Assembly: GCA_964580185.1 (NCBI GenBank)
Contig: CAZOJQ010000005.1
Coordinates: 9,691-73,690 of the forward strand
From: an uncultured Thermotogaceae bacterium
GTDB taxonomy: Bacteria > Thermotogota > Thermotogae > MWEM01
Direction: 5' to 3'
DNA: 64,000 bases
The notes under the pieces are model-generated. The model had not been told where the DNA came from and did not search any database. It was given only the letters and a program-made list of their open reading frames with translations. Every line of letters begins with the position of its first letter. The first letter of the stretch is position 1. Position numbers and translations under genes: made by a program. Shown here one piece after another: positions 28,257-38,500 of this stretch.

Positions 28257-30002
28257 TCACCCTTCGATTCGGGGCAATTGCGGATTCACGATGATGGTTT
28301 CATAGTCTTTGTATATGACCAGTCCAGGTTTGGCTCCTTTGGGTTTGCGCACATTTTGGACAAGGGTATAGTCAACCGGAATTTTGGTGGATTGGTTGGC
28401 TTTGGAGTAAAAAGCAGCAAGAGAAGCTGCGGTTTCGATTACGGATGAAGGGATCCTTTTTCCGGCATGAACGATTACGACATGCGATCCGGGAATCTGT
28501 TGGGTATGAAACCACAAATCTTTTTGAGCGGATTCCCGAACAAGGCGATCGTTTTGCTGATTGTTCCTTCCGACCATTATGCGGAACCCATCGATGTCAT
28601 AGATCCTTGGTTGATGCGGGATCGGTCGGCTTTTCTGTTTGGGGGACGATTTGCGAGTTCCTTTCTTTGGAGGAATCAGTTTTTGCGTAAGGAGTTCTTC
28701 CTCGATTTCTGCCAGTTCATCCGATGATTCAACATGGTTCAGGGAATCCTGAATCTGCGTGAGGTAGAACAACCATACATCCGTCTCTCTGATTTTTGTG
28801 TCCAAAAAAGCAATGCGTCTTTTCCATTTTGCCACTTGCTTGAACCATTTCTGGGCATTTTCGGAGATACTCAGTCGCCGGTCGAGGGAAATAGCGTGAA
28901 TGTCGCCCGTTTGCCAATCCGTAATCTCCACAGACGATTGTTTGGATAAAGGGTTCAGCTGATAGAGATTCGCTACAATCATCTGAGCCTTCCATTGAAG
29001 CGTAGGGTGATCGCGGGCAGGGATCAGATCCCGATTCAGGTTTTCCAGTAGCGTTTCCGCTTTTCGGATATGCCGCTCGAGTTTTCGTTGCAACCCCTGT
29101 CGATGGGCCTGCCACGGTAAAGTTTGTTCTTTTGCGTTGAAGAGGCGGTTTACGGCTTCATACGGGTTTTTCTTCTCTGTATCCCATCCTTTGTTCATCA
29201 CCGAGAGCAATCCGAAAGGAGAAACCGTTTTGGGTATCCCTTGATCCAAATATAGGTACAGATGATCTCCGGTACTATACTCTTGTTTCATCTCTCCCAA
29301 AACCGATAAGAGGCCTGCCAACGGATCTTCGGTTGAAAGCTCTTTTTTTTGGGGATTGCGCCATTGCCACCGAAAAAGGACTTCATCCACGTGAATTCGG
29401 CCAAATCCCTGAAAGAATCGAGGAATCGCCTGTTTCAACGCGTCTCTCGAGCTGGAATGATCAGTGAACCACAGGGCTGCCTGTTCTTGAATCGATTCTT
29501 CCCATGGTCCGTCAAAAGCGAACGCATCATGGACATCGGGTACATACGCTACACCCGGGATGATCGACCGTTTTTCATTGATGATCCGCCGATAGGCATC
29601 GAGTATGACTCCCTCAGCGGTACACAAGATGATGTTGGTATTTTGCCCCATGATTTCGAAAAACACATTCAAAGGGTTTGATTCTCCGATTTCGTTGCGC
29701 CCTTCCATTTCCATGCAGACCATGCGGTCTCCCTGAAGCTGGGTAACGCGGATCAATTTCGCGTTGCGGAGGTGTTTTCTCAGCAGCATTACGAAAGCTG
29801 GCGGTGTTTCCAGCGAAGGGCTTTCCTTTGGAGAAAGAGAGAGGCAAACGCGTCCGGGTAAGAGAGAAAGTAGGATTGTCGACTGAGAAAAGACCCAATA
29901 AAACAACCCTTGTTGGACCATAAAGATCTGACGCAATCGTTGATTGGCTGTTACTCGATCTATCTCTTTGACAACCCGTCGAAGAGTCAATCCATCAATC
30001 AT
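28257..30002 (-). CDS. rqcH: Ribosome quality-control factor RqcH (NFACT/FbpA family)
   Basis: N-terminal 'IDGLTLRR', 'FEIMGQNTNIIL', a coiled coil, and the NFACT-R domain 'VGRNNQQND...WFHTQQIPGSHV...VDYT...KPKGAKPG'. Confidence 0.9.
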   Translation of the reverse strand: MIDGLTLRRVVKEIDRVTANQRLRQIFMVQQGLFYWVFSQSTILLSLLPGRVCLSLSPKESPSLETPPAFVMLLRKHLRNAKLIRVTQLQGDRMVCMEMEGRNEIGESNPLNVFFEIMGQNTNIILCTAEGVILDAYRRIINEKRSIIPGVAYVPDVHDAFAFDGPWEESIQEQAALWFTDHSSSRDALKQAIPRFFQGFGRIHVDEVLFRWQWRNPQKKELSTEDPLAGLLSVLGEMKQEYSTGDHLYLYLDQGIPKTVSPFGLLSVMNKGWDTEKKNPYEAVNRLFNAKEQTLPWQAHRQGLQRKLERHIRKAETLLENLNRDLIPARDHPTLQWKAQMIVANLYQLNPLSKQSSVEITDWQTGDIHAISLDRRLSISENAQKWFKQVAKWKRRIAFLDTKIRETDVWLFYLTQIQDSLNHVESSDELAEIEEELLTQKLIPPKKGTRKSSPKQKSRPIPHQPRIYDIDGFRIMVGRNNQQNDRLVRESAQKDLWFHTQQIPGSHVVIVHAGKRIPSSVIETAASLAAFYSKANQSTKIPVDYTLVQNVRKPKGAKPGLVIYKDYETIIVNPQLPRIEG

Positions 30003-30915
30003 CAACAGGGATCCTCCAGTCCCAAATATCCGATGGGTCAATCTGGTGCATAATCTCGCGGATCAACATAAGATCCCGATGATGATCCGCATTATCCCCA
30101 GGTGTTTCCAGCAACCAAGGAACACCATGAAATTCCGGATGGGAAAAGAAATGAGTAAACCCATCCATGCCGATCATCCCTTTGCCAATATTTTCATGTC
30201 GATCTTTATTAGCACCCAAGGGATATTTCGAGTCGTTCAGATGAATCATCTTTAACAAATCCCATCCCAAGCGCCCGTCTAATTCTGTCATCAATTCCTT
30301 TACACCATCGGGTGTGGTGATATCGTATCCCGAATCGAACCCATGACAGGTGTCATAACAATATCCCAATCGATGCCGGTATTGCGGATCCACCTGATCG
30401 ATGATTGCGCGGATTTGAGGAATCCGATACCCGATATTCCCCCCTTTTTGGGAAACGCCTTCCAAGAGAATCATGACGGGAGAATTGAATGTTGCTTCGA
30501 AAATCCGGTGCAGAGCGTCACGAATTCGTTCAATCCCGATCGCTTCTCCCGTTCCAAGATGGCTTCCCGGGTGAACGTTCAAGTAAGGCAATAAAAGACG
30601 ATCGCAAATCTGCACTTCGCGGATCATGAGATTGATGGATTGCTCATACACCTCTTCTTTTGGACCGGCAAGGTTGATGAGATAACTCGAATGGACCAAA
30701 GCGTCTTGGGGTTTGATTCCAAAAAACTGCATCTGTTGCCCGAAGAGTTCTGCATCTTCTGGTTCCGGATCACGGACCTTCCAAAATCGAGGACTATGAT
30801 TGAAAATCTGAAAGGCGTTTCCACCCACTTCTTCAACCGTTTCTTTGGGGACTCGGGCAAACCCACCCGATATTCCCATATGAGAACCAACCCGTAATGG
30901 GTATGGATGTTTCAT
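29995..30915 (-). CDS. nfo: Endonuclease IV (AP endonuclease)
   Basis: 'VGSHMGISGG', HSSYLINL, HPGSH, LLEG, DTCH, HLNDSK, DRHE and ETP metal-ligand motifs. Confidence 0.95.
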   Translation of the reverse strand: MKHPYPLRVGSHMGISGGFARVPKETVEEVGGNAFQIFNHSPRFWKVRDPEPEDAELFGQQMQFFGIKPQDALVHSSYLINLAGPKEEVYEQSINLMIREVQICDRLLLPYLNVHPGSHLGTGEAIGIERIRDALHRIFEATFNSPVMILLEGVSQKGGNIGYRIPQIRAIIDQVDPQYRHRLGYCYDTCHGFDSGYDITTPDGVKELMTELDGRLGWDLLKMIHLNDSKYPLGANKDRHENIGKGMIGMDGFTHFFSHPEFHGVPWLLETPGDNADHHRDLMLIREIMHQIDPSDIWDWRIPVDD

Positions 30916-30939
30916 CCTATCCCAATCCTTTCGAACTAA

Positions 30940-33900
30940 TTATCGGCCGACCATTCCTACCCCATCAATTACTCTTTGGATCATCTGGTCCACAGCGGTA
31001 ATCACACGAGCTGCCGCATTGAAGGCATGCTGGTATTTGATCATATTGGACATCTCTTCGTCCAAAGAGACTCCTTTGACCCGCTCGCGTTCATTATCGA
31101 TGGATAGACGCATCGTTTCACTGTTGGATTTCATACGCATGGCTGTCTCGGCTTCGATCCCCATTTCTGAGACGAATACACCAAAAAAATCGGAAAAGGA
31201 TACCCTTCCGTCATCCATTTGGAGCGAATGACGAGAGAAGTTCATGATCGTTACCAAATCAACATTGGTTCCGCCCCTTGGGACATGAACGTCCGAGATC
31301 CAATCTCCGTTGAGATCCATCCTTTTCCCAAAATCAACGGCAAACAGTTGGGGGTTTGCCTGTAACTGGGATGATAGCGCCATCCGATTCACAAAGTTAT
31401 AGATTCCGTTTGCTTGACGCTGATCGATGTTCAAAGCGTCGAAAATGATTTCTTGATGGTGCTGGGAGCGGGGATCCAGATAGTTTCGGATGATATCCGG
31501 ATTATATCCCCACGAACTGGAGAAGAAGGGATCAGCGTTCATGAACCCCATTTTTTCCAAAAAGATCGTAGGCGCTTTGATATCGTACATTTGAACGATC
31601 CGCCCGTCTTGGAGACGTTGGCCAAAGCTGAAATCCATTGTGCGTCCCGCTCGGAAGACCAGTTTCTGATCAGGCGTCAAGTCTGCTTGAATGCCTGAAG
31701 GCGCTTGCTGGTTAATCATTTGAACCAGATCAGTGAGTGTGGATTGGTTCATATCGACTCGGATCGGTTTCCGCCCGACCGTCAGTTCAAACTGATCGGG
31801 TGGAAGTTGAACTTTAAGCTTGAAGTCTAGGAACGAAGGCGGGTTCGCCGGATTGGCGAAACTGACAGCGTTTTCTGATAGATCCAGAGTATAGGCGGTT
31901 CCAACCGATCCATTCAGGTTGAAGCTTTCTTGATTCCAGAAAACGATATCGACGTTTTCGCCCGGATCCCCATCCAAAACAATCTCTTTTTGTTGGGGAT
32001 CATAACGGAACGCGTATTCTGTTCCAGTAATATTCCCAAATACTTTCAGATCCAAGTTGTTGATGATTCCATCCTCATTCAGGTCGAAGATCTTGGAGAT
32101 ATCGAATCCTGTCACTCGAAACTGGGTAGATGGGAGGATTTGCTCCATGACGAACCCCAAACCACCGTTATCATCCAGAGTCGCGTACTGCAACTGAATC
32201 TTTCCATGAAAGTCTTTCAACCGGTTCACAAGAGATAGGTCAACTTGGTTGGGCGCGCCAAGAACGAGAGAATGATCCGATGAGGAGGCGTACGCAAAGG
32301 AGTACATGATATTGCTCAGGTTCTGATAGGCATCGGTATCCAGGACATTGAGCGTTGCAGATTTCAGGACATTGAACTCGTCGTGGGTAACGACGTTGGC
32401 AATCGATTCTAGCTTAGGGGTGTGAGTGACAAAGAACCGGCCTTCATGCTCGAAGGCCTTGATGTATTGGTTCAGTTCGGTATTGTTGTTGATTTTGTAG
32501 ATCAATTCATCCCGGGATCGATATTGAATTTCAAAGGTCTTATTCTCGTTCTTGAAGGTGGTTGGATGGATCACTGGAACCGTAAACGAAATGCTTCGGA
32601 ACTTCTCATCCCGGAATATTTGGGGAGTCAGAATACTCCCTGGATCTTTGACTTCGATGTTATGAAGATGATCCAGGTTTTGAAGATCAATCAACTCCTG
32701 TTTGGGGACAAGCACGTCTTTTCCGTTGATTTGAGTAAACTCGATGTATTTGTTGAGCTCTTCGTCCGCTTGAATCATGTCCCTCAGCTCTGTTTTGCTT
32801 GAAAAGGTGACCTCACGATAAAAAGTCGGGTCTTCATTCTGATCAAGCACAGGAAACCGGAATCCGATAGTCGAATTGGGCGCAACCGGGCCCACTTCGT
32901 AATACCACTGAGGTTCAAGGATATTGTCGGGGATCTGCACCACACCGATTTCCAGAAATTGCTGGGTCTTCGTGGAAAACCCCATCCGGGCCAAAAGGCC
33001 GTCTGTGTCGACCATCAACAAGTCACGCATATTGGCCAAAGAATTCACCAGTTCCTCTTGAAAGACCCCCTGATAATCGAGACCATCATGCACTTTCCCC
33101 AAAAGCATCTTGTGGTACCCAAGATCGGTATGCATTGAATCGGATCGGATCGACTCCAGATAGATCTTTATCTCGGTCTCGTCGAGCGGGTACTCCTTGA
33201 TGACAGCGACAAAATCATCTTCACTGACCCCTGCTGAAAAATCGAGAGAGAAAAAATCAACATCCGGGACACCAAGGGCGCTGTTCAAATCAATTACTCC
33301 ATCGGTTACATCTCCCCCCGCCCCTCCTTGGACGTTGGACGAAGTCCATCGTCGGATTTGAATATCTACGGTCGGATTGTCTTGAAGGGCTTGGAGAAAA
33401 CCCGCATCTGTGATGGTTAGTTCGCCTGTGGCGGCATTGTGGGTGATGTCACTGGGATCGATCACGACCCAATCGGGAATCGGTAAACTTGCATCCCACC
33501 ATCGGATTCGGAAATCCGCTCCGTTCAAGAGATCTTGTCCCAATGGGTTTGTATCCTGATTGATGTTGATCCAATCGTTGGCGTCGATCACTTCGGAATT
33601 GACGCTCAGAGCTTCCTGAGTCACATAGTACAGTTTGAGCGAATCATTGTATGCATATTCAATCGGAGCGACAGTATAGTCATCGAGAGTAAGGGTTTCA
33701 GAACCAGGAGTCGCATCATAGGTCGTATCGGTATTGACGATCCTCAAGGAAGGGAATAGGTTTTGCAGGGTGCGAATGTCATCGTAGATTCCTTCGGAAA
33801 TGCTGATCATTTCTGATTTCCATTGACCGATTCGCACGTAACCGGAGTATCCACGATCCGCGCCGGTAATCATAATCTCTCCGCGTTCTCGGTCATAAAG

Positions 33901-35427
33901 AAACCCGCTGACTTCTTGCCAAATCGAAGAAGAATCGTCCCAATAGGAGATCGTCAAATCGTCGCGGGTGAACAACCCATCGGTATTGATATCGATCAGT
34001 CTTTCATCGACTTGGATGATTCCCATCTCCGACCGGATCGGCTCCATAAAGGTTCGATAGAAGATCTCCGCTTCTCCCGTATAGGTATTGAAATCCTGCA
34101 AACGGATTTCATAGTCGTTGGCTGAACCAGCGGGGGGGAAGTATGTAAAATTATGCGCTTGTGTGCTAAGGAGTTTGGCGCGATTCAGCGCTTGGATCAC
34201 ATCTTCATAGACTTGATCAGCAGTAAAAATATTGGTCGTGATGGTTCGGTTCTGGAATCCATGCGTCAGATCGATCATACCGATGCTCCCGCCTTTGGCC
34301 AACGACACATTTTGCGGATTTACGGTCGATATTGCGTTGACCAAACGGATGGGTCCACTCATGACCGCGTTCTGTCCCGCCAGGCGAAAGAGATTGGGCA
34401 GGCTGGTTCGAGAAGCTTCCATGGTCTTGAAAAAATCGATTCCCGAGATAACGCCGTTTTGGTCAAAACCCGAACGATGGATTAAGTTAATCTTGTCAGT
34501 AAGCATCAGCGCCATTTCATCGTAGCGGTCCAGGTACTTCGGAATGACCGTGTCCCTAAGATTGACGATGGCGCCTAAGTGCCCTCCGGTTACGGAAATT
34601 TTCGTGCTCCGAACGAAAAGATCATAGGTATCCAACGTTCCGGGCCGAGCAGAAGCGGTAAGAGGACTGACATGATCCCCGTGCACAACTACCTGATCTC
34701 CAATATAGACTTCCAGATGGCCATTCGGACCCGTTCGATAGGTAACTCCCGCAATCTCATTCAATCGATCCATCAGCTTATCCCGCTCATCAAGCAAGTC
34801 ATTGGGTTCTGTCTGGATGATATAGGATGATCGGACTTTGTTATTGAGGTCTGCAATCTGCCGCAAGATATTGTTGATCTGATCTACGGAGAGTCGGATA
34901 TCCTGATTGAGGTTTGTTCGCAACTCTTCAAACCGGTTGTAGGTATCTTTCAGCATGACGATGAACGTTTCAGTTTTCGATGCGACCTGCGCGATTGTTG
35001 CTGAATTGAGGGGATCATTCATCACTTCGGCAAAAGAAGACCACATATCGTCAAAGTGTTTCCGAAGGCCAGCTTCTGACGGTTCTGCCAGCAATTGTTC
35101 CATGTAGTGCAGGTTATGGGTCATTTTATCCCAATACGCATAATTCTTGGTGATTTCGCGATATTGAATATCCAAGAACACATCGCGGACCCGTTCCACC
35201 CGTTTGACCATGGATCCTGTTCCGAGCATCATCGGAACACCCGATTGGGTCATCGATGAATAAGGGACTGGAGGAGTGGCGTGGATCTCCGGGCGTTGGC
35301 GAGAAAAACCCGGGGTGTTGACATTCGCAATATTATGGGCGGTGATGCTCATAGCAAGTTTTGAGGTATATGTTCCAAGGACACCCGTATTCAAAATCGA
35401 AAAGATGCTGAAATTACTCATAATCAT
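30940..35427 (-). CDS. flgK: Flagellar hook-associated protein FlgK, very large (1495 aa)
   Basis: N-terminal 'TAHNIANVNTPGFSRQR', 'RVRDVFLD' and 'PNDLLDERD', and C-terminal 'GVSLDEEMSNMIKYQHAFNAAARVI'. About 1000 aa of extra central sequence. Confidence 0.93.
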   Translation of the reverse strand: MIMSNFSIFSILNTGVLGTYTSKLAMSITAHNIANVNTPGFSRQRPEIHATPPVPYSSMTQSGVPMMLGTGSMVKRVERVRDVFLDIQYREITKNYAYWDKMTHNLHYMEQLLAEPSEAGLRKHFDDMWSSFAEVMNDPLNSATIAQVASKTETFIVMLKDTYNRFEELRTNLNQDIRLSVDQINNILRQIADLNNKVRSSYIIQTEPNDLLDERDKLMDRLNEIAGVTYRTGPNGHLEVYIGDQVVVHGDHVSPLTASARPGTLDTYDLFVRSTKISVTGGHLGAIVNLRDTVIPKYLDRYDEMALMLTDKINLIHRSGFDQNGVISGIDFFKTMEASRTSLPNLFRLAGQNAVMSGPIRLVNAISTVNPQNVSLAKGGSIGMIDLTHGFQNRTITTNIFTADQVYEDVIQALNRAKLLSTQAHNFTYFPPAGSANDYEIRLQDFNTYTGEAEIFYRTFMEPIRSEMGIIQVDERLIDINTDGLFTRDDLTISYWDDSSSIWQEVSGFLYDRERGEIMITGADRGYSGYVRIGQWKSEMISISEGIYDDIRTLQNLFPSLRIVNTDTTYDATPGSETLTLDDYTVAPIEYAYNDSLKLYYVTQEALSVNSEVIDANDWININQDTNPLGQDLLNGADFRIRWWDASLPIPDWVVIDPSDITHNAATGELTITDAGFLQALQDNPTVDIQIRRWTSSNVQGGAGGDVTDGVIDLNSALGVPDVDFFSLDFSAGVSEDDFVAVIKEYPLDETEIKIYLESIRSDSMHTDLGYHKMLLGKVHDGLDYQGVFQEELVNSLANMRDLLMVDTDGLLARMGFSTKTQQFLEIGVVQIPDNILEPQWYYEVGPVAPNSTIGFRFPVLDQNEDPTFYREVTFSSKTELRDMIQADEELNKYIEFTQINGKDVLVPKQELIDLQNLDHLHNIEVKDPGSILTPQIFRDEKFRSISFTVPVIHPTTFKNENKTFEIQYRSRDELIYKINNNTELNQYIKAFEHEGRFFVTHTPKLESIANVVTHDEFNVLKSATLNVLDTDAYQNLSNIMYSFAYASSSDHSLVLGAPNQVDLSLVNRLKDFHGKIQLQYATLDDNGGLGFVMEQILPSTQFRVTGFDISKIFDLNEDGIINNLDLKVFGNITGTEYAFRYDPQQKEIVLDGDPGENVDIVFWNQESFNLNGSVGTAYTLDLSENAVSFANPANPPSFLDFKLKVQLPPDQFELTVGRKPIRVDMNQSTLTDLVQMINQQAPSGIQADLTPDQKLVFRAGRTMDFSFGQRLQDGRIVQMYDIKAPTIFLEKMGFMNADPFFSSSWGYNPDIIRNYLDPRSQHHQEIIFDALNIDQRQANGIYNFVNRMALSSQLQANPQLFAVDFGKRMDLNGDWISDVHVPRGGTNVDLVTIMNFSRHSLQMDDGRVSFSDFFGVFVSEMGIEAETAMRMKSNSETMRLSIDNERERVKGVSLDEEMSNMIKYQHAFNAAARVITAVDQMIQRVIDGVGMVGR

Positions 35428-35492
35428 ACCATCCTGTATGGAGTCTGATCCCTCAAACCCTTCATTGGATTTCCATCCATAGTCGCTTTCTT

Positions 35493-35519
35493 ATATCGGT
35501 TGAAGGGAGAACGGACTTA
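35493..35519 (-). promoter_or_regulatory. sigma28 (FliA)-type promoter upstream of flgK
   Basis: TAAG-15 nt-ACCGATAT, compared with the consensus TAAA-N15-GCCGATA(A/T). Confidence 0.7.
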
Positions 35520-35526
35520 AATGATC

Positions 35527-38500
35527 CTAGTGAGGATCTTCTTTCATCAATTCAAGAAAAACTTCAACAAGGTTGGGATCAAATTGACTTCCCGAAGATC
35601 GCTTTATTTCTTTGATGGCCACTTCTTTAGACAGAGCTTGCCTGTATGGTCGGTCGCTGGTCATGGCGTCAAATGCGTCGGCAATCGCCAGAATACGGCA
35701 CTCTAAGGGGATTGCCTCTCTGGCCAACCCCAGCGGATATCCTGTTCCATCCCATTTTTCATGGTGTTTCAGGATAAAGTCAGCGATTCCGGATAGATCA
35801 GGGGAAGCAGAAGCAATTCGAAATCCTTTTTCCGGGTGGAGACGCATGATCTCCCATTCTTCCTTCGTCAATGGCCCTTCTTTAAAAAGGATTTGGTCTG
35901 GAATGCCGACCTTACCCAAATCATGCACTTGAGCGAGGAGTTTGAGTGTATCGATCTGGGATTGAGAAAGCCCAATGCGGATGGCCAAACGCTCGCACAG
36001 TTCCGAAAGACGAATGGCATGACCTTGGGTGATAAAATCCCTCTCTCCCAAAGCCGTCATTAAGGTCTCAATGATGTGGGACCGGACACTTGTTCCCTTA
36101 TGCAGTTTCTGCCGCATCATCGCATTTTCAGATTCCTGGAACAGTTCCTCTAACGAACGATCCGGTTCTTGGGCATGAGCCATTCCGATCGAAATACTGA
36201 TCGGCAGATTTGGGTGAGAGTGGTTAAAGGTTTCAGTTGTCGACTCGATCCGTTTTTGAATGAGTTTCGCTGTATCCTCTTCCGTATTGGGAAGCAGGAC
36301 GGCAAACTCATCACCACCCACTCGGGCGATGATATCTGTTTCCCGAAGGCTTTCTTTCAAGATTTGCGCGCACGCTTTCAAGACTTCGTTGCCTTGCTCA
36401 TGACCGAAGGATTCGTTAATCAGCTTTAACCCATCCACATCTGCCGACAGGATGGTAAAGGGTGATACTCCCTTGTTTTCCCAATGGTTGAGTTCCTTTT
36501 CGAAGTAGGATCGGTTGAACAGGCTGGTTAACGAATCGTGACCACTGGAAAACTCTGCTTGCTCTTTGTACGTGACCAAATCGCTGGTATCTGAGATGAT
36601 GGTGGAGTAGTATTGGGCTACTCCGTTTTCATCTTTATGGCACATGATCACTTGGTTTACCGGTATCTCTCGACCCGTTTTATGGATCAGAATCGATTCT
36701 CCTGACCAAACCCCATGGGCAAACGCAGTGGGCAGCGCAGTCTCAAAGATGGAAGGAGATATCCGATCTGGATACAGCTCTCGAATCCCTTTTCCTTGGA
36801 CGGTTTCTTCCTCGTCCCAACCAATGAGGTTCTTTCCTTGCTGATTCATATATACCAAAGAAAAATCCGCGTCCATGAGGGCAATTAGGTCACTGCTCGA
36901 TTCGAATATGGACACGAATAGCGCGTTTTCTTCATCCAGTTTACGTCTTTCCCGAATGGCCAATACTTGGGATACGATAGTCGCAGCTGTGGTAATGAAG
37001 GATTCTTCATCGGGATGCCACTTCCGCTTGGGGCCGATATGTTCCAAGCTGACTACCCCCACAATTTTCCCTTCGGAGGTAATGGACGCGTCCAAGAGAG
37101 AGGTGATTCCCGTGGGAATGAGGTATTTTTCTGCCAATTCATAGGTCCGTTGATCCTGTTGCGCCTCTTCCGCATTGATCCGAGAATCGCGATACAGCGC
37201 TTGAAAGTAGCTTGGGAACATGTCCATCGGCAGGATTGCTCCAGAAAGGTGTTTGCTTTTGGCCTTTTGAAAAAGATCGACACACTGTAACTCTCGTTTT
37301 TCTTCATCGATCAACCAAACGCTCGCCCGCTCGACTTGCATGGAAGAAGAGAGTACCTCGGTCAGCATTTTTGCGGTTGCTTCCATATTTCCGGACGCGA
37401 TCGATGGGTCCAAAAAGAGCTTCACAACCGCCGATCTTTGGTTAAGGGCTCGGGTTTTGTTCTCAATCAATTCGTTTTCACGCGCTTGCAAGATCTTCTC
37501 CGATTCTGACAAGATCTGATTGTTGGCTTCCAGCTGCTCCATCGATGACAACAGCTCTTCATTAGTCGCTTCCAGTTGCTCTTTCATTGCTTGTAACTCT
37601 TCTTGAGAGGCTTGAATTTCCGTGTTTTTTTCGATTAGCGCCTGCTCTGCCTCTCGATGCAATTCGACCTGGCGGTTCAAGGAATGGATCGTGTTCTGAA
37701 GGGTTTGGCTCATGTGATAGAAGCTCCGGTTTAGATGGCGAATTTCTCGAATGTTGCTATGAATAGCCGGTTTTGGGATTTTCCCGTTCGCCAACTCGGA
37801 TGCGGATTGCTCCAACGCTGAGATCGGCCGAGTGACTGCTTTCGAAAGGATAAAACCAACCCCTGCTGCGAAGAAAAGAGCCATTAGAGAAAAAATGAGA
37901 GTAGATCGATTGTTTTGGTAGATCTGACCCATAAAGAGCGATTCCGGTATGGTTGTCACCAAAAACCATCTTGCATCATCAACATGCGGAATCCCATGGG
38001 CTCGGAGATAATGGTTTTCTCCGTTAGTCCGTACTACGGAGCCTTCCAGCTCGAGAATATCTCGGCCCTCTTGTAAGGATGAGAGGACGATTTCTGCTGC
38101 GCCCCGGATCTGAGGGGAGATGCTCTCCAAAGCGTGGATTCTCATCGACCCAATGTCGGGGTTGTTCATAGATATGATCGGTTCAAAGGAGGAGGTTGCA
38201 ATCAGGAACCCCGATGAATCCATGAGAAAGCTTTTTCCTTGAGCTCCTAATCGGGTATTGGATAGGAAGTGATTCAGATGAGACAAAAAGACATCAACCG
38301 AAACAACCCCCATCAATTGCTTGTAATCATCATGCACGGGCATACTCAAGGCAATGGCCAAATCCTGACCAGTTGCCAATAGATACGGTTCATTCCAGAC
38401 AAGTTCTCCGGCTGAAACCGCATTCTGATACCAGGGACGGATCGTTGCATCGAAACCAGGAACGACAGCGATCAGGGATATTTCTTCTCCTTCTTCGCTG

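Noticed and set aside
37495-37680. Short DNA repeats (GCTTCCAG(C/T)TGCTC) in the HD-GYP gene
   Set aside because: They encode ordinary heptad coiled-coil repeats (EQLEA), not a repeat element.
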